This document shows positions 1-9,705 of a DNA stretch of 29,298 nt, in pieces. Made by a program: the position numbers and the translations under genes. Every line of letters starts with the position of its first letter. Positions within the stretch are counted from its first letter, which is position 1. The notes under the pieces were generated by a model. It searched no databases and was not told the origin of the DNA. It saw only the letters and a program-made list of their open reading frames with translations. The stretch is from Candidatus Moanibacter sp. (lineage in GTDB: Bacteria > Verrucomicrobiota > Verrucomicrobiia > Opitutales > UBA2987): assembly GCA_965215885.1 (NCBI GenBank), contig CBDCEW010000070.1:1-29298 (forward strand). Reading direction: 5' to 3'.

Positions 1-722
1 AACTCGTAGGCGACATCGCCAATAGCATCTGGGAGTTGAACGAGCGGCTCAATCCACAGAGTACCTGGGACTTTTCCTACTTTCAGCGGGTCAGTGAAGC
101 CATGACCGCCCATGTCGGAGAAGGCGCTGACGACGAGCGCTTCCCTGTCTATCCTCAACACCTCGTGGCCGAGGTGCGAAAGGCAATGCCCGACGACGGC
201 ATCATCGCTCTGGACAACGGAGTCTACAAAATCTGGTTTGCGCGCAACTACAAAGCGCGCTGTCCGAATAGTGTGTTGCTGGACAATGCGCTGGCCACGA
301 TGGGCGCGGGGATGCCTTCGGCCATGGCGGCTAAGATAGTCTATCCCGACCGGAAGGTGATGGCGATCTGCGGAGACGGGGGTTTCATGATGAATTCACA
401 GGAATTGGAGACTGCGGTGCGCTTGAAACTGAATCTTGTCGTGCTCATCCTCAACGATAGCGCCTACGGGATGATCAAGTGGAAACAGGCGAACATGGGG
501 TTCAAGAATTTCGGTCTCGATTATGAAAATCCGGATTTTGTGAAGTATGCAGAGTGCTACGGTGCGGCGGGGCATCGGCTGGAACGCACCGAGGACCTTC
601 AGGATCTCATGAAGTCTTGCCTTGATGGGGAAGGGGTGCACCTGATTGATATTCCCGTCGATTACTCCGACAATGACCGGATTCTAAATCGCGAGATTGC
701 GGAGAAGAGCAAGCTCGTTTGA
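1..722 (+). CDS. Acetolactate synthase large subunit-like ThDP-dependent enzyme, C-terminal part (5' end outside window)
   Basis: Frame open from position 3 (LVGDIANSIWEL...). ThDP-binding motif GDGGFMMNSQELETAVRLKLNLVVLILNDSAYGMI and LATMGAGMPSA. Stop TGA at 720-722. Confidence 0.93.
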   Translation, partial: LVGDIANSIWELNERLNPQSTWDFSYFQRVSEAMTAHVGEGADDERFPVYPQHLVAEVRKAMPDDGIIALDNGVYKIWFARNYKARCPNSVLLDNALATMGAGMPSAMAAKIVYPDRKVMAICGDGGFMMNSQELETAVRLKLNLVVLILNDSAYGMIKWKQANMGFKNFGLDYENPDFVKYAECYGAAGHRLERTEDLQDLMKSCLDGEGVHLIDIPVDYSDNDRILNREIAEKSKLV

Positions 723-806
723 CCGGTATTCATCAAAAAGAGGGGACACAGAGAGACTAGCGCAAGGAAGCCGCAACCAAAGAAGAAGAAGAGAACCGCA
801 GATGCA

Positions 807-903
807 TCCCGGCAGGCCGGGACGAATGCAGAGGAAGGCACCACGGATTCGAGCCGTCTTCTCCCGCTGAGGGGGAAGATGAGTTAGTCCCGGCAGGCCG
901 GGA
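807..903. repeat. Two identical 16-bp palindromes TCCCGGC-AG-GCCGGGA (REP-like)
   Basis: Exact copies at 807-822 and 888-903 in the intergenic region. An imperfect TCTTCTCCC...GGGGGAAGA hairpin lies between them (~857-879). Confidence 0.8.
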
Positions 904-1100
904 AATGAAGGGCCCTTCTACGCTAAAGCTATGGAGGATGTACAACGAATGGGGACTGTGAGAGCATTGAAAGCAATGGGTGGGAGAAAGAGAGAGATTG
1001 CCATGGATTTGGCGAAACCTGCAGTGAGAAAGTCGAACTGCCCACCGCCGGCGGATTCGACTCTCTGCCTTTCCGACCTTCCCGGTCTTCCTGTGAAAAT

Positions 1101-2535
1101 ATGAGAAAATATCCCATCATGATACCGGGGGCGGAGGCGGAAGGAGAGGATCTTATCGTGAACGCTCCTTTCGATGGGAGTGCCATCGCGGCGGTCGAAA
1201 CCGGGCAAGGTAAGGCTGTTGAAAAGGCCCTGGCGACCGCCCACGCGCTATTCCGGGATCGCGATACCTGGCTGGATGCATCCAGGCGCATAGAGATTCT
1301 CGAGCGAGCCGCCGAGATCATGAATGGGGAGGCGGAAGCGCTGGCTTTGAATGCAGCACGAGAGGGTGGCAAGCCACTGAACGATTCACGGGTTGAGGTC
1401 GCCAGGGCCATAGACGGTGTGAAGGGGTGCGTGGAACACTTGCGCACTCAGGGCGGCGAGGAGATACCGATGGGCCTGAACGCCGCTTCAACAGGCCGCC
1501 TCGCAATGACACGACACGAACCGATTGGCGTCGTTGTGGCGGTAAGCGCGTTCAATCATCCGCTCAATTTAATTATCCACCAGGTGGGACCCGCTATAGC
1601 GGTCGGATGTCCGGTCATCGTGAAACCTGCCGGAGACACACCTTTGTCATGCATTCGATTTGTCGAGATTCTTCGAGAGGCGGGATTGCCGGATGGGTGG
1701 TGTCAGGTATTTGTTACGACGGATCTGGATGCAGCCACGGCCCTCGTTACGGATTCCCGAGTAGTTTTTTTCCTTTATCGGGAGTGCGGGAGTGGGGTGG
1801 ATGTTGCGTTCGAAACTCGCTCCCGGAACGCGATGCGCCCTCGAGCACGGCGGTGCCGCCCCGGTCATCGTGGCCGCGGATGCCGATCTCAATGAGGCGG
1901 TTCCACTATTGGCCAAGGGAGGCTTTTATCATGCCGGGCAGGTTTGTGTCTCGGTCCAGAGAGTCTTCGCTCACGAAACGATCGCGAGGGAACTGGCGGA
2001 GAGACTGAGTAGAGCCGCGGAAGCCATGAAAATCGGAGATCCTACACTTCCCGATACCGAAGTTGGTCCCCTCATACGGCCGGCCGAGACGGAACGGGTG
2101 GAGGCCTGGGTAAATGAAGCGGTGGAAAACGGCGCTGAGGTTATCTGCGGGGGAAACCGTGTCGGCGAATGCTGTTACTCCTGCACAGTACTTTACGATC
2201 CGCCGGTCGACGCTGAAGTGAGCCGGCGGGAGATTTTCGGTCCGGTCGTGTGCGTCTACCCGTATTCGGAAGTCGACGAAGCCATAGCCCGCGCGAACGC
2301 TCTTCCGGTGGCCTTTCAGGCGGCAGTTTTCAGCCGTGATATCGACTTTGCCATGCGAGCCTACTCGCGATTGGATGCGTCCGCCGTGATGGTGAACGAC
2401 CACACTGCTTTTCGCGTGGACTGGATGCCTTTCGCGGGGTTGAGAGAATCCGGTCTGGCGACTGGAGGTATCCCGTATACGATGGAGGATATGCAGATCA
2501 AGAAGATGCTCGTTTTGCGGTCTAAAGAACTCTGA
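1101..2535 (+). pseudogene. Aldehyde dehydrogenase (ALDH21/RL0313-like), frameshifted at the T7 run 1765-1771
   Basis: ORF 1101..1895 has EPIGVVVAVSAFNHPLNL and IVKPA. The other frame continues SFIGSAGVGWMLRSKLAPGTRCALEHGG (catalytic Glu), AGQVCVS (catalytic Cys), EIFGPV and MPFAGLRESG to stop 2535. The frames switch at gtagtttttttccttt. Confidence 0.9.
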
Positions 2536-2586
2536 TTAGAATTCGATTGCATCGATTTCTTTAGTTCTGAATAGCGAAAACTGTAG

Positions 2587-2606
2587 CTGAACCGCTTTCG
2601 GTTCAG
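2587..2606. terminator. Possible terminator hairpin after the ALDH gene
   Basis: Perfect 8-bp stem CTGAACCG-cttt-CGGTTCAG. No good U-tract on the + strand. Confidence 0.4.
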
Positions 2607-3243
2607 AAGAGTTTTGATCATACCGCCTACACGAGAGCTCATGAGAATAGAGGTGAGTAAAGATGACACCTCAACCAGAATAACTCGCCTATGAAACCAT
2701 ACGACTTAATCATCCTCGGGGGAGGCCGGGCTTCAAACCTAGCCATTGCTGCCGGCAAACAAGGGATGCGCGTCGCCCTGATCGAAAAAGATGCCCTAGG
2801 TGGCACCTGCCCAAATCGGGGCTGTGTCCCCTCAAAGCTCCTGATCGGTTACGCCGACGTTGCCCGTAACATTCGTGAGTCGCATCGATTCTTTATCAGC
2901 GCAGAAATTAGAAAGATTGACGTCGCGAAAATCTTCGCAGAGACCAATGACTGGATCGGAAAAGTTGATTCGCGATACGAGGGCCGCTTGCCGGAATCGG
3001 TCGACCTTTATCGCGGACAAGGCCATTTCGTGAATAGCCACGAAGTCTCGGTAAACGGCAACACACTCACGGCCAAGACCATCGTCGTAGCCACGGGTTC
3101 CAGATCCGCCGCCACCGGCTATGATGATCTGCCCGTGTGGACAAGCGAGAATCTGTTTCCTCTGGCTAAACCACCCTCTTCAATGTAAGCGACCGGGCAA
3201 CGACCTTGTAGCGCAAAGATGCCGACCGTGATATGATTATGGG

Positions 3244-3609
3244 ATGGGAGAAAAAACGAGAGGGCGGACACGGTCGAAGCGAATCGTTCGACGAAGTCGG
3301 CAGGAGCGCAGGCGACTGATAAGCGCATACCGTCGCAGCAATCAGACGCAGAGGGCGTTTGCCCAGCGGCACGGTATCAAGTATATGACCTTTATGGGAT
3401 GGCTGCGCAAGGACCGGGCCGGGCACAGAAGCAGCGGGGTAAAATCGGCGGGGGCGCGGTTTGCCGAAGTTACGGTGCAGAGCAGCGCGGTCACGGAGGA
3501 TCGGATCGAGATCGTCTTAGGGGACCCGATACGGGTGGAGGTGGACTGCGGTGTTGCGGTGGAACAAGTGGCGAGTCTGGTGAAGGCGTTGAGGGAATCG
3601 GGATGCTGA
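3244..3609 (+). CDS. tnpA: IS66 accessory protein TnpA (HTH)
   Basis: YRRSNQTQRAFAQRHGIKYMTFMGWLRK HTH, then FAEV and IEI motifs. First ORF inside the IS. Confidence 0.88.
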   Translation: MGEKTRGRTRSKRIVRRSRQERRRLISAYRRSNQTQRAFAQRHGIKYMTFMGWLRKDRAGHRSSGVKSAGARFAEVTVQSSAVTEDRIEIVLGDPIRVEVDCGVAVEQVASLVKALRESGC

Positions 3610-3953
3610 GCTTACCGGGAACGATGAAGGTTTTCCTGGCCGTGGGAGTAACGGATCTGCGAAAGAGCTTTAATGGTCTCTACGCCCTGGCGGCCAATCA
3701 GCTCAAGGAAGACCCGTTGAGCGGAGCGGTCTTTGTCTTCTGCAATCGCAGCCGGGACCGGGTCAAGATTCTGTATTGGGACGGCACGGGGTTATGGGTT
3801 TTCGCAAAGCGATTAGAGAAGGGTCGGTTCAGCTGGCCGCAGGGAGTGGACTTGAAAGATCAGAAGCTTCCATTGCGCCCTGAAGCGTTGAGCATGCTCT
3901 TGAACGGGATCGACCTGAGGGAGGGGAAGATGCGGCCCTGGTATCAGCGTTAG
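3603..3953 (+). CDS. tnpB: IS66 accessory protein TnpB
   Basis: TDLRKSFNGL, VFVFCNRSRDRVKILYWDGTGLWVFAKRLEKGRFSWP. The ATG at 3603 overlaps the tnpA stop and is preferred over 3399. Confidence 0.95.
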   Translation: MLSLPGTMKVFLAVGVTDLRKSFNGLYALAANQLKEDPLSGAVFVFCNRSRDRVKILYWDGTGLWVFAKRLEKGRFSWPQGVDLKDQKLPLRPEALSMLLNGIDLREGKMRPWYQR

Positions 3954-3982
3954 GTCAAAAAAAGTGATTTTTTGAAAAAGTA

Positions 3983-4012
3983 TTGCTTTTCTTATTACCG
4001 TTAGTTTAGTAT
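3983..4012 (+). promoter_or_regulatory. Putative sigma70 promoter for a leaderless tnpC transcript
   Basis: TTGCTT (3983-3988), 18-bp spacer, TAGTAT (4007-4012), then 7 nt to ATG 4020. AT-rich island, no SD. Confidence 0.45.
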
Positions 4013-4019
4013 TGTTTTC

Positions 4020-5522
4020 ATGCCTGAAGTCGAGGTTTTGCAAACAGAGCTGGAGCAACTCCGAGAGGAGAATCGGCTTTTACGTCAGAAGATCGGCTGG
4101 CTCATTAAGCGCTACTTTGGAGGCAACCAAAGCGAGCGGATCGATCCGGGACAGCTGGAATTGCTCCTGGCCGGGCTGGAGCAGGCCGAGGAAAACAAAC
4201 CCGCTGAGCAAACGGCAGAGCCACCACCCGAGCCGAAGGCGCGCAAAGGAGCTGGGGCGAGGCGACAGCGTCTGCCCGAGCACCTGGAAGTCGAAGAGAT
4301 CGTAATCGAACCCGAAGCGGTGAAGGTTGAACCGCAAAAGTGGCGGTTGATCGGTGAGGAAGTCACTGAAGAGTTAGATTTGCTCCCGGCCCGATTTATC
4401 AGGCGGCGCTATATACGGCGCAAATATGTATCTCGCGAAAAGCCCCAGGAACCTCCCGTGCTGGCGCCATTACCATCGCGGCTGATTGAAAAAGGGATCC
4501 CTGGGGTGGGGCTTTTGGTGCACATATTACTGAGCAAATACGTCGATCACCTGCCGTTGTATCGGCAGGAGAAGATTTTCCGGGAACGCTACGGAGTAAG
4601 GGTGGCGCGCCAGAGCATGCTCGATTGGATCCACCAGGTAGCGCAATGGCTAAAACCCATCTACAACTACATGTGCTTACAATTGTTCGAGGGCGGTTAC
4701 ATCCAGGCGGACGAAACGCCCATCCGCTACCTGGATCCGGACGCAGGCAAGAAAGAGGGCTGCAGGAAAGGATACCTGTGGGTCTACGGGCGACCCGGCG
4801 GCGAGGTGCTCTACGACTGGCACACAGGCCGTGGGGTAAAATGTCTCGAGCAGTTCCTCAACGGATACGAAGGGTTGCTCCAACCCGACGGTTACGCAGC
4901 CTATGGCAGTTTCGCCCGGGAGCATAACGGGATTACCCTGTTTGGGTGCTGGGCACACCTGCGACGCAAATTTGTGGAGGCGATGGATGAGAATCCGAAG
5001 CTGGCCGGCTGGGTGGTGCGGCAGATCCACAATCTCTACAGAGACGAGCGCCATCTGCGCGAACAGCGGGCCGGTCCCGCCTTGCGCGAAGCCTACCGGA
5101 AAAGCCATGGTCGGATGATCGTGGAACGCTTGGGCAAAGCCTTGCCTATACTCAAACGGCGGGCCTTGCCGCGGAGCAAAATGGGTGAAGCCGTTGAGTA
5201 TGCTCTGAACCAGTGGGAATCACTCAAGCGCTACCTCGAGCATGGCAAGGTTGAAATCGACAATAACCTCATTGAGAATGCTATCCGGCCGACCGCCTTG
5301 GGAAAGAAAAACTGGATGTTCATCGGCCACCCCAAGGCCGGTTGGAGAAGCGCCGTAATTTACTCGATCATTGAGAGTTGCCGGCGGCACGCAATTGAAC
5401 CATCCGCTTACCTCACTGACGTCCTCAAAAGATTGCCGGACATGAACATCACCGAGATCGCCGAACTCGCTCCGGCGAATTGGAAGCCGACCCGAACAGG
5501 CGAACCGCTCGCAGCCTCTTGA
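4020..5522 (+). CDS. tnpC: IS66 DDE transposase TnpC
   Basis: KYVDHLPLYRQE, ADETP, DGYAAY, GCWAHLRRKF, IDNNLIENAIRP, LGKKNWMF. Intact, 500 aa. Confidence 0.97.
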   Translation: MPEVEVLQTELEQLREENRLLRQKIGWLIKRYFGGNQSERIDPGQLELLLAGLEQAEENKPAEQTAEPPPEPKARKGAGARRQRLPEHLEVEEIVIEPEAVKVEPQKWRLIGEEVTEELDLLPARFIRRRYIRRKYVSREKPQEPPVLAPLPSRLIEKGIPGVGLLVHILLSKYVDHLPLYRQEKIFRERYGVRVARQSMLDWIHQVAQWLKPIYNYMCLQLFEGGYIQADETPIRYLDPDAGKKEGCRKGYLWVYGRPGGEVLYDWHTGRGVKCLEQFLNGYEGLLQPDGYAAYGSFAREHNGITLFGCWAHLRRKFVEAMDENPKLAGWVVRQIHNLYRDERHLREQRAGPALREAYRKSHGRMIVERLGKALPILKRRALPRSKMGEAVEYALNQWESLKRYLEHGKVEIDNNLIENAIRPTALGKKNWMFIGHPKAGWRSAVIYSIIESCRRHAIEPSAYLTDVLKRLPDMNITEIAELAPANWKPTRTGEPLAAS

Positions 5523-6596
5523 ACCCGGACACTGCCAGGATCCTCGCGCATGCCGCGATCCATAGGGCAGTTCACCGGTCGTTTACTCTTCAATTACCAT
5601 AGTGGGCGGTGGTTACATCGCATGTGAACTCGGCAATTTCTTTCACGAGATCGACATTGATACTCGCTTGGTGGTTCGCGGTGATCGTTTGTTGGAACGT
5701 GAGGATTCCGACATCGTTGAGATTTTTACCCGAGAATTTTCGGCACGCGTGCCTACCTCATTTAACTCCTCAATAAGAAACATCAAGCACGACGGTTCCA
5801 GGTTTCATCTGGAATTCATCGATAGAAATGGGAACGTAACCGATCGAACAAGTGACGCTGTGCTGTTTGCCACGGGTCGAGTTCCCAACACGGACGACGT
5901 TGGACTTGAAAACACCGACCTGAATACGGACAAACGGGGTTTCCTGGTGGTCGATGACAACCTTCAATCCTCGGTGCCGGGTATTTACGCCGCGGGTGAC
6001 GTCGCCGGAAACTACATGTTTCAACACTCGGCCAGTTTTGAGGTATTGTACCTTACCCAAAAACTGGTTGAGAACAGAAGGGGCCCGATCGAATACGGAA
6101 TGATGCCACACGCCGTCTACTCTGAGCCTGAGGTCGCTGGGGTCGGTGACACCGAAAAGACCCTTCAAACGAAGGGAGTGGACTACATCAAAGTCGTAGA
6201 GCCATGGAGTGCAAGCGCCAGAGCGCTCGCTATGAAGGTCGACTATCCGAGGACCAAGCTTTTAGTTTCGCAAGAGGGTGCCATTCTTGGGTGTCATCTC
6301 ATCGGACCCCAAGCATCGACCATTCTCCATGAAGTGCTACCGGTACTGCAAATCAAGAACGATGTTCGGGTTCTCGCTGAAACGATCCACATTCATCCCG
6401 CTCTTTCAGAGGTCATTCTCGCGGCTGCCCGCCAGGCGGCCGAGATACTCTGCGAACACCATCAAGTCTGTGGTCCAGCGATTCATCGATGATTCCAACC
6501 CGCTAATTTGCAATTTCCCATTGACACTTCCACCTAAGCGTTTCTAGGTTCTTTCATCTCAAAATCCAATCTCTGATCAATCGATAATATAACTAG

Positions 6597-8511
6597 ACCC
6601 CATTCGAAAAGCCTTTCGAGCGGGCGGTTTAAGGTTCTCCGCCACGGGCGGACCAGCCTATGGCTGGCAGGTTTCGGGTTTTAGGCTGCCGGCGCTGCCG
6701 ATGAGCAGGTATTGAGCGGCCATCGGCGTGGCTTGCTGCACAATACGTATATTTGCCGCTGTCTGGAGGCATACTCATCCCGTGGTGCTTTTTTCTCTGA
6801 GCTTCAAAGCGGTCAGATTCAGGCTGCCTGTTCCAGTTCCTCCCCTCGGCGTTTCTTCATCAGTATGATGCGGCAGAAGTTGTAGGCCAGAACCTTCTCG
6901 AGCAGTTCATCGCCTACCGCATCGATGCCGCGGCGGCCGAGTTCGCCAAAGGCAAATCCATCTTTAATCGTGAACATCAGCGACTCCACTGCGGAGCGAT
7001 CGCGGCGTGCCTCGCGATACGCCTCGCTCTCCCAGTCCTCGGGGGTGGTCAACTTCTTGCCCTTCGCCCCACTGATACTGATCTGCTTTACCCCCATGCT
7101 CAGCACCTCCTTGCGTCCCTTCGCCGAAGCATATCCGTCATCGGTGCTGACCAGTTCAGCAATGACACCGGTGCGCTTGATCGAATCGCCGATGGCCGGC
7201 GCCAGCTCAATGGAGTCTGCCGCGTTGCCTTGCGGTACGATCAGGCTGGTGACAAAACCGTTTTCGCTGCGAACCAGTTGTGGCTTGTACCCGATCACTG
7301 GATTGCGGCTGCCCTTCTTGATGTAGGCCGCCGATCCGTCCGAGAGGCTCAGGACCTTCTGTGTGGACGGTAGCTTCTTTTCGTGAAACACCCGATCATG
7401 AGCATACTCAACAACCCGCTTGGCGTCGGCAATATCACCCCTGATCTGGCTCAATGCCCGCTCCAGAAGCTCCCGGCGAGTGGGAGGCAGTGAATCCATC
7501 GACAGGCCCTCTTCAAGATGGCTCAGTTCCCCCGTTAGTGAGTCGGCCGCCTTGCGGCCCCGCTTGAGCAACCGCCGGTAGTGTTTCTTCAGCTTGCCCT
7601 TCGACTTCGGTTTGCCCGCGGCCAGACAAATCTGAAACTCCAGCTTGTCCATTTCCTCCAGCCAACGCCCAACCCATCCCTTGCGAAAATCCTCCAGCCC
7701 GAAGACATGCAACTTCTGACCCAAACGATTGGCCCGCATCAAAAGACCGCTCAGAATCTTCCCATCGGTGGGCCAGCAGCTGTTTGCTTTCACCGAGGTG
7801 CTGTCGATCGTCAGCTTCCCGAAATCGTCCCATTGCTCCTGGAGGATAAACCCAATCTGTTTATCAAAGATCAACTCGCGGGTCGTATGGCTGACCAGGT
7901 TCACGTTCTCCAGAATCGTCGTCACCGCCGGCATTCTCAGTCCCCCGCTCTGCAAAAATCCGTACAAGCTCATCGACTCGCGCACAAACCGCCGTGCCGG
8001 TTTCGTGGTCAACGAACCCAGAAACCCTCGAATCATCACGAACACGTATACCGCATAAGCCGGCATCCGCGGCCGGCCTGCCCCAAGATTCAATTCAGCA
8101 GCCAGAATATTCTCCTCCTCGATGTCCAGCTCCGGCAGCTCCGCTGTGCGCCCTTCAAAGAACCTGCGATCTTCCAATCGAAGTTTCTTCTTCTCACGCG
8201 CATGGGCGTCCAGATCCTTCTCGATCGCCTCGATGATTTGCGCCGCGAACCCGGCCAATTCTTCAACTTCATCCAGAAAATCACGGAAATCCGTGTCTGG
8301 AACCGGCAGAATGAGGTTGCTAAGGGGCGTCTTATCGCTTTTGTTCTCCTCTGTCGCACATGTTGGCATGTTTAACTCCTTTCTTAATCTTAGGTTGTTA
8401 AACACTAGCATGTTGCGACACTTTTTATCAAGCCAAAAAATGATTTTTCTCAAGTTTTTCTTGCGCCTTTTGCGCCTCTTTGCGGCCAATCAGTAGCTTT
8501 TCGGATAAGGT
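6597..8511 (-). mobile_element. ISNCY/IS5-like insertion sequence (boundaries approximate)
   Basis: Imperfect inverted repeats ACCCCATTCGAAAAGC (6597-6612) and GCTTTTCGGATAAGGT (8496-8511), 13/16 match, enclose the transposase. No clear target duplication. An alternative right end near 8798 cannot be excluded. Confidence 0.6.
6819..8369 (-). CDS. DDE transposase, ISNCY/IS5-like
   Basis: GRPRM, IDSTSVKANSCWPTD, KVLSLSD-x4-YIKKG, VSTDDGYAS, RSAVESLMFTIK. Start at ATG 8369 (AAGGAG SD upstream) is preferred over 8489. Confidence 0.88.
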   Translation of the reverse strand: MPTCATEENKSDKTPLSNLILPVPDTDFRDFLDEVEELAGFAAQIIEAIEKDLDAHAREKKKLRLEDRRFFEGRTAELPELDIEEENILAAELNLGAGRPRMPAYAVYVFVMIRGFLGSLTTKPARRFVRESMSLYGFLQSGGLRMPAVTTILENVNLVSHTTRELIFDKQIGFILQEQWDDFGKLTIDSTSVKANSCWPTDGKILSGLLMRANRLGQKLHVFGLEDFRKGWVGRWLEEMDKLEFQICLAAGKPKSKGKLKKHYRRLLKRGRKAADSLTGELSHLEEGLSMDSLPPTRRELLERALSQIRGDIADAKRVVEYAHDRVFHEKKLPSTQKVLSLSDGSAAYIKKGSRNPVIGYKPQLVRSENGFVTSLIVPQGNAADSIELAPAIGDSIKRTGVIAELVSTDDGYASAKGRKEVLSMGVKQISISGAKGKKLTTPEDWESEAYREARRDRSAVESLMFTIKDGFAFGELGRRGIDAVGDELLEKVLAYNFCRIILMKKRRGEELEQAA

Positions 8512-8798
8512 AGGAGGAGGAAGGACTAGATCTTTATCGGCTCGCCACGGCATCGCCCTGGGCATGATTGTGCTCGGCACGACTGTGCCCAAGCGGCAAA
8601 CAGACCCTCGAAGGTACGCATCGCGAGTGCGCCATCGGCCCATCATCTCGAATCAAGCCCAATTGCGCGCCTTCACAACGCTCCTGGAAAAACCCCAAAA
8701 CAGGCCGCTATAAGGCCCCTTGCATCAAGGATGATGTCGGTTCTAATCGGGTCAGTTGCAAAACATGGGTAAAGGCCGAGCTCTTCGATAAAACCCTC

Positions 8799-9705
8799 AC
8801 CGCTAATTTCAGTTTCTGCTTACAAGACGGCTGTTTGCCCCGCGACCATTGCCGTCGACGGCAAGACCCTCAAAGGCAGCAAACACCGAAGAATCAATGG
8901 AGTGCTCTGCACCTGGATGGCCGCGAGTCGATCACCTAAAGCGCTCAAGACCTTAGGCCATGGAGTCGCTACGCGTGGCCGATAAATCCAACGCCGATGA
9001 TCACCGGCCGGCCCGAGACTCTCTTGCGAAAGATGCCCATTTTCGACGGCTTCACCTTCGACGCCATGCATAATCAAAAAGAAACTGCCCACAGCGTCGT
9101 CGAAGAACTCAGTGCTGACTATCGTTATTCAAATTAAAGACAATCAGCCCAACATGCAGTCAATACGCTCAGAATCTTTCTTCAGCTCCTGTGTTGACCC
9201 CCTTTTTCTCCACCAAACCGTGGACAATGGACCATGGGCAGACTCGAAATACGTCAAATAGCAACCCATTCTCTAAGCGCTCCCTCTGCCGGCCGATGCC
9301 CCATGCCCGCCAGTTCGCCGTGTGTGCAACGCGACCTACTCCAATTATCCAAACAAAGCTGAACCTTCCTCTGAACGCTCGTTACTACGTACAGCAGTCT
9401 CGATCCCGCCGATTTGAGCCCTCAACAGTTCCTCTCGAAAATTCGCAACCATTGGTCGATCGAAAATAAAAATCATTACCCCAGCGCAGGATCGCTTCTT
9501 CGATGAAGATCGATGTATGATCCGTAATCATAACGCAGCCAGAATTCTTGCTGCATGCAGGCAACTGGTTCTCAGCCTCAAGTCTTCCATGGGCGCTGAA
9601 TCCACTCCCGCACTCGAAAAGAAGAGAAGATGTGATGATTTCGTCTTTAACTTACATAAGGCCATCAATATCATCACCTAATGCTCCGAGAATCAAAATA
9701 CCGTG
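8799..9705 (+). pseudogene. Degenerate ISAs1-family element (5'-truncated, multiply frameshifted transposase) with its right end
   Basis: Motifs across different frames: TIAVDGKTLKGS (~8845), FTFDAMHNQKETA (~9051), IQIKDNQP, DHG/RLEIR, RNHWSIENKNHY, DRFFDEDRCMIR. Terminal AATCAAAATACCGTG ends at 9705, where host coding sequence resumes. Confidence 0.85.

Larger units (their letters stand above)
3185..5586 (+). mobile_element. Complete IS66-family insertion sequence (2402 bp)
   Basis: Left end GTAAGCGACCGGGCAAC; right end reverse complement GTAAACGACCGGTGAAC (14/17). Perfect 8-bp direct repeat TCTTCAAT at 3177-3184 and 5587-5594. tnpA-tnpB-tnpC layout. Confidence 0.97.
2691..6492 (+). pseudogene. 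Pyridine nucleotide-disulfide oxidoreductase (dihydrolipoamide dehydrogenase/mycothione reductase-like), interrupted by IS66
   Basis: 5' part 2691..3184 has YDLIILGGG and GGTCPNRGCVPSK. 3' part 5595..6492 has IVGGGYIACE, ATGRVPN, IYAAGD and HIHPALSE. Removing the IS and one target copy restores ...AKPPSSITIVGGGYIA... in frame (1392 bp, 463 aa). Confidence 0.93.

Noticed and set aside
6493..6818. tRNA, rRNA or riboswitch in this or other intergenic regions
   Set aside because: No cloverleaf or known aptamer consensus recognised by eye. An Rfam/Infernal scan would be needed to exclude them.
7581..8375. 264-aa plus-strand ORF inside the ISNCY element
   Set aside because: Antisense shadow of the transposase with no recognisable motifs.
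8370..8489. N-terminal extension MAAKRRKRRKK of the transposase
   Set aside because: It arises from a TTGCGCCTT-type short repeat and promoter DNA. The SD supports the start at 8369.
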